DNA of 47,730 nucleotides, from positions 1 to 47,730 of the forward strand of contig JALHTJ010000205.1 of NCBI GenBank assembly GCA_022865785.1, given 5' to 3'. Under the pieces are notes generated by a model. The model was given only the letters and a program-made list of their open reading frames with translations, did no database searches and was not told the DNA's origin. Numbering within the stretch: the first letter of the stretch is position 1; every line of letters begins with the position of its first letter. The DNA comes from Candidatus Aminicenantes bacterium (GTDB lineage Bacteria; Acidobacteriota; Aminicenantia; UBA2199). Made by a program: the position numbers and the translations under genes. Shown in pieces: positions 40,181 through 47,468 of the stretch.

Positions 40181-40635
40181 TTTCCCCTCCGCAACCCTTC
40201 GATGACTTCCGCGATGAGATCGGGGGTCAGGTTGCCGTAGACCTGGTTATTGACCATCATGGCCGGAGCCACTCCGCACACGCCCAGGCAGGATGACATT
40301 TCCAGGGTAAAGCGCTTGTCGGCGCTGGTTTCGCCGAAACCGATTCCCAGCAGCCGGATCAACTCCTTGGCTATATTCGTGGAGCCCAGCAGGTGGCAGG
40401 GCGGCGACTGGCAGACGCGGATGAGGTGCCTGCCCCGGGGTTTCAGGCTGAACATGGTGTAGAACGTGGCCACGCCGTACACGAAACTGTAGGCCAGGCC
40501 GAGGTAGTCGGCCACGGCTCGCAGGTCGGCTGCGCTCAGGTAGTGCTCGGGACTGGCATCCTGGATATCGTGCAGGATGGCCAGCAGGTTGTCGTCCGAA
40601 GCCTCGTAATTCTGCAGTATTTTTTCACGGTTCAT
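40177..40635 (-). CDS. NuoE/FdsG-like [2Fe-2S] subunit
   Basis: VCQSPPCHLLG ... SCLGVCGVAPAMMV. 152 aa. ATGA overlap with the downstream NuoF-like gene. Confidence 0.85.
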   Translation of the reverse strand: MNREKILQNYEASDDNLLAILHDIQDASPEHYLSAADLRAVADYLGLAYSFVYGVATFYTMFSLKPRGRHLIRVCQSPPCHLLGSTNIAKELIRLLGIGFGETSADKRFTLEMSSCLGVCGVAPAMMVNNQVYGNLTPDLIAEVIEGLRRGK

Positions 40636-40642
40636 ACATTCC

Positions 40643-43600
40643 TCACAGCATGGCCTCTATGGCCAATGATTCGGTCGTGCTGGCTTCCTTTTCCGGTGCC
40701 TGGTCGCGATCGCAGTGCAAACAGCGCCGCGCTTCTTCCACGGCCTCGTCCGCTGTCAATCCACGGCTGACCTCCAGGGCCAATGCGGCGACGCGCTTTA
40801 CGGCATCCTCGAGCAGAGGCTCCTTGCGTTCGATGGTCTTCAGGTAGGCCTCTTCGTCATATTGGACCTCGACCACCCGGCGCGGCTGGTCATAGAGCCG
40901 ACCTTCACGGCCTAAATAACGGTCAATGCTCACGGCCGCCAGGCGCCCTTGAGCCACGCTTTCAATCACGGTCGAGGGGTTGACGGCATCGCCGCCGGCG
41001 AATACTCCCGCGGCGCTGGTAACCATGGTGTGCGTATCCACGGCGATATGGCCGCGCTTATCCAGGTCCAGCTTGCCCCCGGTCAGTCCCAGGCTGAGCT
41101 TCTGGCCCAGGCAATAGATGATAAAACTGGCGCGGATGGTGTACTCGCTGCCAGCGACCGGGACCGGCCGGCGGCGGCCCGAATCGTCAAAATCGGCCAG
41201 CTCGGTCTTGATGCAATGGATGCCGCTGACCTTGCCGGCGCGGCCGACGATGCTGAGCGGGTTGACCAGGAAGTCCATTTCCACGTCCTCCTCCTCGGCC
41301 CCGACCACTTCTTCAAGCAGGGCCGGCATTTCGCTACGGGTGCGCCGGTAGACCAGGCGCACGTTGCCCGCTCCCAGGCGGCGGGCCAGGCGGGCGGCAT
41401 CCATGGCGGTCGAACCGCCGCCGACCACCACCACGTCATTGCCGATATTTATTTTGCGGCCCAGGTTGACCTCGCGCAGGAAATCGATGCCTGACATCAC
41501 GCCCTTGAGGTCGATGCCTTCGATATTCAGCTTCTGGGCTTGATGAGCGCCGCTGCCGATGAACACGGCGGCATAACCGCTATTCGTCAATTCGTCTATA
41601 TTGGCCACCGGAGAATTCAGTTTGATCTGCACCCCGGCCTTTTCGATGACCGCGATCTCGGCCTGCAGCTTGTCCTTGGGCAGGCGGAAATCAGGGATGC
41701 CGACCTTCATCATGCCGCCGGCCACACTCAGGGCTTCGAAAACCACCGGCTTGTAGCCCAGGCGGGTCAGGTAGAAAGCGCAGGCCAGTCCGGACGGACC
41801 GGCGCCGATCACGGCCACTTTTTCCTTGTGCGCCGGCAGCGGCGGTGCGAATCCCAGTCCTTGGTCGATGGCCCAGTCGGCGAACAGGCGCTTGATTTCG
41901 CGTATGGCCACGGCCTGGTCGTACTTGCCGCGCGAACACTTGCTTTCGCAGAAAGCCGGGCAGATCCTGGCGCAAACAATAGGGAACGGGTTGTTCTGCA
42001 TGTGCTGAAAATAGGCCTCACGCAGGCGGCCGTCGCCCATGTGCGAAACATATGAGGCGGCATCGACCCCGGCCGGGCAGGCATTAACGCAGGGAGCAAT
42101 GAATAAGGCCGCGCACACGCCGGCCGTACATTTTTTTTCCTGTATATGTTCGATATATTCGTGCTTGAAATATTTGATGGTCGAAATAACCGGGTTGGGT
42201 GCCGCCTGACCAAGACCGCAGAGTGAAGTAGCCCGTACCGTATAGGCAAGTTGTTCAAGTTTTTCAAGGTCGGCCATGGTGCCGCTGCCGTTGGTGATTT
42301 TTTCCAGCAAGTCGTACATCTGCTTCAAGCCTACCCGGCAGGGAACGCACTGGCCACACGATTCCTCGAGCGAAAATTCCAGGAAATACTTGGCCATGTT
42401 GACCATGCAGCTGTCCTCGTCCAGGACGATCAGGCCCCCGGAACCCATGATCGAGCCCAATGTTTTCAGCGACTCGTAATCAAGGGAGGTGTTCAGGTAC
42501 TTGGCCGGGATGCAGCCGCCCGAAGGCCCGCCGGTCTGGGCGGCCTTGAAGGTCTTGCCGCCGGGGATACCGCCGCCGATATCGAACACCAGTTCGCCCA
42601 GAGTGATGCCCATGGGCACTTCCACCAGGCCGGTATTGGTCACCTTGCCCGACAGGGCGAAGACCTTGGTGCCTTTGCTCCTTTCGGTGCCGATGGCGCT
42701 GAACCACTCCCAGCCATTGAGCAGAATATGGCGGACATTGGCCAGGGTCTCGACATTGTTGATCACCGAAGGCTTGCCCCACAAGCCCTTGACCGCCGGA
42801 TAAGGCGGTTTGGGCCTGGGCTGGCCGCGCTGGCCTTCGACAGAGGCCATGAGCGCCGTCTCCTCGCCGCAGACAAAAGCACCGGCCCCCATGCGCAGTT
42901 CGATGTCGAAGTGGAAAGAGGTCTCGAAAATATTTTTGCCCAGCAGCCCCATTTCGCGGGCCTGGCCGATGGCCGTGTTCAGGCGTTCGATGGCCAGGGG
43001 GTATTCGGCGCGGACGTAGATATAGCCCTTGTCGGCTCCGATGGCATAGCCGGCCAGGGCCATGCCTTCCAGCACGGCGTGCGGGTCACCCTCGAGCACG
43101 GCCCGGTCCATGAAAGCCCCGGGGTCACCTTCGTCAGCGTTGCAGAGGACGTATTTCTGGTCACTTTTGCTGTCAAAGGCGAATTTCCATTTCAGGCCGG
43201 TTGAAAAGCCGGCGCCGCCGCGGCCGCGCAGCCCCGACCTGGTGAGGGTATCGATGACCTGTTCGGGGGACATGCTGGTCACGGCCGTGCCCAGGGCCTC
43301 ATAACCGCGCTGGGCAATGTATTCGCCGATGTTTTCCGGATCGATCTTGCCGCAGTTGGACAAAACGATCTTAAGTTGCTTTTCAAAGAAAGGGATCTGC
43401 TTCTTCTGCTCGACGATCCTGCGGGCCTCGGGGACCTGCCAGAGAAATTTTTGCACCGGCCGCCCTTTGAGGAAATGCTCCTGAACGATCTCCTCGGCGT
43501 TTTCTTCCTTTAAGTTTATGTAAAAGGAACCTTCAGGATAAACGACCATGACCGGCCCCAGTTCGCAGGGGCCCATGCAGCCTGTTTCCACAACGTTAAC

Positions 43601-43717
43601 TTCTTCACTCAACCCGTTTTTTTCGATCTCCTCCAGCAGTTTCTTCTTGAGTTCATGGCTGTGGGAAGAGATACAGGCACCTCCTCCGCAGATCAGCACA
43701 TCCAGCCGTTTGTTCAT
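40643..43717 (-). CDS. Fusion protein: thioredoxin-like [2Fe-2S] domain, NuoF-like FMN/NAD(H) module, and a GltD/NfnB-like FAD/NADPH oxidoreductase module
   Basis: N-terminus: LICGGGAC...ETGCMGPC. NuoF core: SGLRGRGGAGFSTGLKWKF, NADEGDPGAFMDR, ESCGQCVPCRVG...SLCGLGQA. GltD-like part: CTAGVCAALFIAPCVNACPAG, CARICPAFCESKC, VAVIGAGPSGLACAFYL (FAD), VVVVGGGSTAMDAARLARRLGA (NADPH). It is a single 1024-aa ORF. Confidence 0.8.
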   Translation of the reverse strand: MNKRLDVLICGGGACISSHSHELKKKLLEEIEKNGLSEEVNVVETGCMGPCELGPVMVVYPEGSFYINLKEENAEEIVQEHFLKGRPVQKFLWQVPEARRIVEQKKQIPFFEKQLKIVLSNCGKIDPENIGEYIAQRGYEALGTAVTSMSPEQVIDTLTRSGLRGRGGAGFSTGLKWKFAFDSKSDQKYVLCNADEGDPGAFMDRAVLEGDPHAVLEGMALAGYAIGADKGYIYVRAEYPLAIERLNTAIGQAREMGLLGKNIFETSFHFDIELRMGAGAFVCGEETALMASVEGQRGQPRPKPPYPAVKGLWGKPSVINNVETLANVRHILLNGWEWFSAIGTERSKGTKVFALSGKVTNTGLVEVPMGITLGELVFDIGGGIPGGKTFKAAQTGGPSGGCIPAKYLNTSLDYESLKTLGSIMGSGGLIVLDEDSCMVNMAKYFLEFSLEESCGQCVPCRVGLKQMYDLLEKITNGSGTMADLEKLEQLAYTVRATSLCGLGQAAPNPVISTIKYFKHEYIEHIQEKKCTAGVCAALFIAPCVNACPAGVDAASYVSHMGDGRLREAYFQHMQNNPFPIVCARICPAFCESKCSRGKYDQAVAIREIKRLFADWAIDQGLGFAPPLPAHKEKVAVIGAGPSGLACAFYLTRLGYKPVVFEALSVAGGMMKVGIPDFRLPKDKLQAEIAVIEKAGVQIKLNSPVANIDELTNSGYAAVFIGSGAHQAQKLNIEGIDLKGVMSGIDFLREVNLGRKINIGNDVVVVGGGSTAMDAARLARRLGAGNVRLVYRRTRSEMPALLEEVVGAEEEDVEMDFLVNPLSIVGRAGKVSGIHCIKTELADFDDSGRRRPVPVAGSEYTIRASFIIYCLGQKLSLGLTGGKLDLDKRGHIAVDTHTMVTSAAGVFAGGDAVNPSTVIESVAQGRLAAVSIDRYLGREGRLYDQPRRVVEVQYDEEAYLKTIERKEPLLEDAVKRVAALALEVSRGLTADEAVEEARRCLHCDRDQAPEKEASTTESLAIEAML

Positions 43718-43729
43718 ATCGCCCTCGCT

Positions 43730-44092
43730 TTATTCCTTGACTTCGATGATGGATTCCGAAAGGGGATTGCCGTTTACCAGGTGCTCGGCTACGATCTTGC
43801 GGGCCATTTCGCCGCTGACATTACCGTAAACCACGGATGGTTTGCCTTCCTCCATGACCGTGACGATCGGTTCGTGCGAGCTCAAACCGCGTTCACCAGC
43901 CTGACGGACGATGACGTCGCGCAGGTTGCGTTTTTCCACTTCTTCAAGCAACACTTTCAGGGTTTCACGGGCGCCGGCAGCGATGCCGCTGGTACCCATG
44001 CCCACAACCACCTGCAGCCGCGTTTTTCCGGCTCGTAGCAGCATGTCCTTTTCCGTTTTTTCCCTTATCTTCTTTAAATCCTCGAGTTTCAT
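43730..44092 (-). CDS. HndB-like thioredoxin-fold ferredoxin-domain protein lacking all cysteines
   Basis: The start MKLEDLKKIREK at 44092 follows GGAG and overlaps the upstream stop as ATGA. VVVGMGTSGIAAGA and ERGLSSHEPIV align with the CGIAAG / GC.G.C..EP motifs of HndB or HydB N-termini, but with Ser in place of Cys. The 120-aa protein contains no Cys at all. Confidence 0.65.
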   Translation of the reverse strand: MKLEDLKKIREKTEKDMLLRAGKTRLQVVVGMGTSGIAAGARETLKVLLEEVEKRNLRDVIVRQAGERGLSSHEPIVTVMEEGKPSVVYGNVSGEMARKIVAEHLVNGNPLSESIIEVKE

Positions 44093-44619
44093 TTTTTCTC
44101 CTTGTTTATGGTTTGCCCAGGGCCTGCGGCTTCGGCTTTCAGGTCTCGCAAAATCTTGATGGTCTTCTGGGGATTGAGCCGGCCGTGCACCTCTTCGTCG
44201 AGCATCATGACCGGGGCCAGTCCGCAAGCTCCGAAACAACGGGCCGTGGACAGGGTATAGAAGCGATCGGCCGTGGTGCCACCCACCTTGATGCCCAATT
44301 CCTTTTCCATGACCTTGATGATGTCCGATGCCCCCTTGACATGGCAGGCCGTGCCCAGGCAGAGGTTGATGATATGATCGCCGATGGGATCCAGGCGGAA
44401 AAAATTGTAAAAGGTTATCACGCCGAAAACCTTAGCCAGGGGCACATTCAATTCACGGGCAACGAAGTGCTGAACCTCCAAGGGCAGATAACCGAAAATT
44501 TTCTGGGCCCGGTGCAGGACCTGGATCAGGGGGCCGGGAACATTGCGGCTGGCCTCGATGAATTTTTTCAGTTCCTGGTAATGGGCATTATCCGGGATAT
44601 GGAGCGGTTGAGCTTCCAT
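44089..44619 (-). CDS. NuoE/HndA-like [2Fe-2S] subunit
   Basis: The start MEAQPL at 44619 follows AGGAGG. LCLGTACHVKG ... ARCFGACGLAPVMML. Confidence 0.8.
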   Translation of the reverse strand: MEAQPLHIPDNAHYQELKKFIEASRNVPGPLIQVLHRAQKIFGYLPLEVQHFVARELNVPLAKVFGVITFYNFFRLDPIGDHIINLCLGTACHVKGASDIIKVMEKELGIKVGGTTADRFYTLSTARCFGACGLAPVMMLDEEVHGRLNPQKTIKILRDLKAEAAGPGQTINKEKK

Positions 44620-44682
44620 GCAAGCCTCCTTTTGAAAGTGAAAGACCATGATATCCCCTGCCTTGGCCTGGACAAGATCGCA

Positions 44683-45018
44683 TTACTTCGATGCGGAAAT
44701 GAGGGCGTACAATTTGCCGGCAATAGTGAAGGAATCCTCGGCTCCGGAAAGAATGAACAGGCCTTCCTGCCCGGCCCGGGCCAAAACGGCGGCTTCGGGT
44801 TCGCTGCCGCGGCTGAGGACGATGCCGGCCAGTTTTTTCAACTGGGCCACGGCCACGATGTTCAGGTGCCTTTGCACGGTGATCCACAGGCAACCTTCCT
44901 CGGCGTTGGCAATGACATCGGACAGCAGGTCGGACACGTAACCGCTCGTCACTTCCTGATCGACACCAGCAGCCAGAATTTTCAAGTCCAGCTTGTCGGC
45001 AACCTCTTTGACCAACAT
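44683..45018 (-). CDS. DRTGG-domain protein (small; function unknown); first gene of the formate operon
   Basis: 111 aa. The pattern LKILAAG...VTSGYVSDLLSDVIANAEEGCLWITVQRHLNIVAVAQLKKLAGIVLSRGSEPEAAVLARAGQEGLFIL resembles the small DRTGG proteins found next to NuoEF-type hydrogenase genes. The assignment was made by eye. Confidence 0.55.
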   Translation of the reverse strand: MLVKEVADKLDLKILAAGVDQEVTSGYVSDLLSDVIANAEEGCLWITVQRHLNIVAVAQLKKLAGIVLSRGSEPEAAVLARAGQEGLFILSGAEDSFTIAGKLYALISASK

Positions 45019-45087
45019 CTATTTTCTCCTCTTCAGCGTATCCGCGGGTAAAAAACCTGACCCTGGACGCAATCCGCGGCCGGAGTC

Positions 45088-45104
45088 ACATGAAAAATTC
45101 ATGT
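45088..45104. promoter_or_regulatory. Palindromic operator candidate in the divergent control region
   Basis: ACATGAA-AAA-TTCATGT with 7-nt perfect arms, 70 nt upstream of the DRTGG/formate operon ATG (45018). It overlaps a possible minus-strand promoter: TTGACT 45129-45124, 15 nt, TATAAC 45108-45103. Confidence 0.4.
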
Positions 45105-45170
45105 TATAAAAAATCGGCTAAAAAGTCAAGATATAATTTGAATAAAAATTTTATTTTAGATAAGAAAATT

Positions 45171-45265
45171 CCCGGCGTAGGGACGCGGCACGCCGCGCCC
45201 CTACCCTCTTCTCTCATCACGCATAACGCATCACGCATCACGATAGATCGACTGACTTGGGATTT
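45171..45265. repeat. REP-like element: GC-rich imperfect palindrome followed by about four heptad repeats
   Basis: GTAGGGACGCGGCACGCCGCGCCCCTAC (45177-45204), then ATCACGC ATAACGC ATCACGC ATCACG (45216-45242), then CTTGGGATTT (45256-45265). Confidence 0.7.
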
Positions 45266-45322
45266 GCGGATTTTCTCTTTCAATGATAATATTAAGGCGC
45301 TCAAGAATCTGGGGAGGTACCC

Positions 45323-45877
45323 ATGACCGATTTTTACAAATGCTCCATCTGCGGGAAGATCGTCAAGGTGATCGCTGAAGGCAAGGGACAGCTGGTCTGT
45401 TGCGGCGAACCCATGACGATTCTTTCCACATTCAAATCCGTTCAGGAAGTCCTGGATTTCGCCATCGAAAAAGAAGAAGAAGCCCGCCAATTCTACCTGG
45501 ATTGGTCGAACAAGCTGGACAACAAGGCCCTGCGCGAGCAATTCCTGCAGTTCGCCGGCGAGGAAAACCAGCACAAAGAGAAGCTGCAGCGGGTCAAGAG
45601 CGGCAGCACCTTCAAACCCTCGGCCAAGCAGGTGACCGACCTTAAAATCGTCGACTACCTGGTCGACATCGTACCCACTCCGGACATGGACTACCAGGAA
45701 GCCCTGATCGTGGCCATGCGCCGGGAAAAAGCCTCGTTCAAATTCTACAATGACCTGGCGGCCATGGCCGAGGACGAGCCCATGCGCGAAACCTTCCTGG
45801 CCCTGGCCCAGGAAGAAGCCAAACATAAACTGCGCCTGGAGACCTGGTACGAAAAGGAAATCTACACTGAAAACTGA
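45323..45877 (+). CDS. Desulforedoxin domain fused to a ferritin-like/rubrerythrin-type diiron domain
   Basis: The N-terminus [27 protein letters not shown] carries the Dx CxxC...CC motif. It is followed by two E...ExxH pairs ([10 protein letters not shown]...GEENQHKEK and [10 protein letters not shown]...QEEAKHKLR). GGAGG precedes the ATG. Confidence 0.75.
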   Translation: MTDFYKCSICGKIVKVIAEGKGQLVCCGEPMTILSTFKSVQEVLDFAIEKEEEARQFYLDWSNKLDNKALREQFLQFAGEENQHKEKLQRVKSGSTFKPSAKQVTDLKIVDYLVDIVPTPDMDYQEALIVAMRREKASFKFYNDLAAMAEDEPMRETFLALAQEEAKHKLRLETWYEKEIYTEN

Positions 45878-45924
45878 AATGGCGGCGGCGCCAACCGCCC
45901 GGCGTCGCGACGAGGTTTAAAAAC

Positions 45925-46281
45925 ATGATTAAAGTCCGCGACATCGTCGCCCTGCTTGAGGCCGAAGTCCTATCCGGGGAAAGCAAACTGGATGAAGAGG
46001 TGAAATCGGTAGGAGCCAGCGATATGATCAGTGACATCCTGGCCCTGACCCAACCCGGGATGATGGTTCTGACCGGCTACACTTATCCGCAGGTGATCCG
46101 CACCGCCCTGGTCACCGATCTGCTGGGACTGATCGTGGTTCGCGGCAAGAACATCGCCCCGGAAACCATCGCCTATGCCCGTGAGAACAATTTTCTCCTG
46201 CTGCGCACCCGCAGCTACCTCTATTCCTCGTGCGGCAAGATCTACGCCACCGGATTGCGGGGCAGCGATGTCGGAAAATAA
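45925..46281 (+). CDS. DRTGG-domain protein (small; function unknown)
   Basis: 118 aa. VGASDMISDILALTQPGMMVLTGYTYPQVIRTALVTDLLGLIVVRGKNIAPETIAYARENNFLLLRT. It overlaps the next gene by 14 nt. Confidence 0.6.
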   Translation: MIKVRDIVALLEAEVLSGESKLDEEVKSVGASDMISDILALTQPGMMVLTGYTYPQVIRTALVTDLLGLIVVRGKNIAPETIAYARENNFLLLRTRSYLYSSCGKIYATGLRGSDVGK

Positions 46282-47215
46282 CAAACTGGCCCGCTACGCG
46301 GCCATTTTTGAGGATATCAAGGCCGGAGAGATCATGAGTTCCAACGTGGTCGAGATCTCCGCCGACAAAAAGATCGCTCACGCCAAGGAACTGATGAAGA
46401 TCAAGAAGATCTCGGGCATGCCGGTGGTTGATGAGAAAAAGCAGCTGATCGGCATCATCAGCATCGAGGACATTATTCACGCCTTCGAATTCAACAAGAT
46501 CAACGACCCCATCCACCGGATCATGTCGACCCAGGTTGTCACCATCCACAAGGACGACTCGCTGGCTGATGTGGTGGACAAGTTCGAAAATTACAAGTAC
46601 GGCCGCTTCCCGGTGGTCGACGACGATAAGCGCGTCTGCGGCATCATCAGCAAGGAAGATATCCTGCATGGCATCCTGGAAAAGTTCAACCTTATCTACA
46701 TCCACGACCAGAAACGCACCAGCACCCTGAACACAGAATACTCGGCAATTACCGGCGAAAAGCTGAAGGTCGAGGAAGCCGAATTCCACTACCAGATCGA
46801 CAGCAGCGACATCGACGCCGCCGGCACGGGCGCCGCCATGCTCAAACAGTTTCTGACCGGTAAGAATTTTCACAGCGACATCGTGCGCCGCGTCGGTGTG
46901 GCCACCTATGAGGCCGAGACAAACGTGGTCATCCACAGCCGCGGCCAGGGCGACATCTACTTTTACCAGCATGAAGACCGCTTCATCGTACGCGTGGTGG
47001 ACAACGGTATCGGCATCGAAGACCTGGACAAGGCCATGAAGGAAGGGTACTCGACCGCCCCCGATTACATCCGCGAGCGCGGCTTCGGCGCCGGCATGGG
47101 CATCGCCAACATGAAACGCTTCGCCGACAAACTGGTGATCATTTCCGAAAAGAAAGTCGGCACCCAGGTGGAGATGATCTTCTATCTGCCCACGCAGACC
47201 TGGCCTTTGATATAG
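46268..47215 (+). CDS. CBS-pair domain fused to a SpoIIAB/RsbW-like HATPase domain (putative serine kinase / anti-sigma-type regulator)
   Basis: ATG at 46268 (MSENNKLARY). Two CBS motifs (IMSSNVVEISADKKIAHAKELMKIKKISGMPVVDEKKQLIGIISIEDI and IMSTQVVTIHKDDSLADVVDKFENYKYGRFPVVDDDKRVCGIISKEDI). HATPase block EAETNVVIHS...VVDNGIGIED...GFGAGMGIANM. Confidence 0.7.
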   Translation: MSENNKLARYAAIFEDIKAGEIMSSNVVEISADKKIAHAKELMKIKKISGMPVVDEKKQLIGIISIEDIIHAFEFNKINDPIHRIMSTQVVTIHKDDSLADVVDKFENYKYGRFPVVDDDKRVCGIISKEDILHGILEKFNLIYIHDQKRTSTLNTEYSAITGEKLKVEEAEFHYQIDSSDIDAAGTGAAMLKQFLTGKNFHSDIVRRVGVATYEAETNVVIHSRGQGDIYFYQHEDRFIVRVVDNGIGIEDLDKAMKEGYSTAPDYIRERGFGAGMGIANMKRFADKLVIISEKKVGTQVEMIFYLPTQTWPLI

Positions 47216-47231
47216 GGCAAAGCGCTCCGCC

Positions 47232-47321
47232 CTGCGTGACGCGTAACGCGTGACGAGGAAAGCGTAGGGGTGGTTCGCGCGTGTCCCCGCCAGGGGGAAC
47301 CGCCCATCCTAAATCCCAAGC
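47232..47321. repeat. Second copy, in inverted orientation, of the heptad-repeat / GC-hairpin element
   Basis: GCGTGAC GCGTAAC GCGTGAC (47233-47253), then GAGGAAAGC-GTAGGGG, then hairpin GGTGGTTC...GAACCGCC (47269-47303) enclosing CCCC-gcca-GGGG, then AAATCCCAAG (47311-47320). It aligns with the reverse complement of 45171-45242. Confidence 0.7.
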
Positions 47322-47468
47322 ATCAAATCACAAACAAGCACCAAGTCCCAATGACCCAATAACCGAAACGAAGAAAATTCATTGAGATGTGCCTTGGACA
47401 GGCAATTTTAATTTGAAACAATTTGAACTTGTCCGGCGTTTAATGGATAATTACTGTCAGGAGACCGC

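Noticed and set aside
45019-45087. Moco or other riboswitch in the 5' leader of the formate operon
   Set aside because: The leader has two CCGCGG palindromes and a short U-run, but I could not recognise the conserved Moco-riboswitch core or any other riboswitch signature by eye. This needs an Rfam scan before any claim.
45088-45104. Calling the ACATGAA-N3-TTCATGT palindrome a Rex or CRP/FNR box
   Set aside because: The half-site spacing (3 nt) and the outer bases do not match the consensus sites I remember for those families. It is reported only as an unassigned operator candidate.
45216-45242. Heptad repeats as a CRISPR array or other spacer-containing array
   Set aside because: There are only about four contiguous 7-nt units with no spacers. 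No cas genes occur anywhere in the window.
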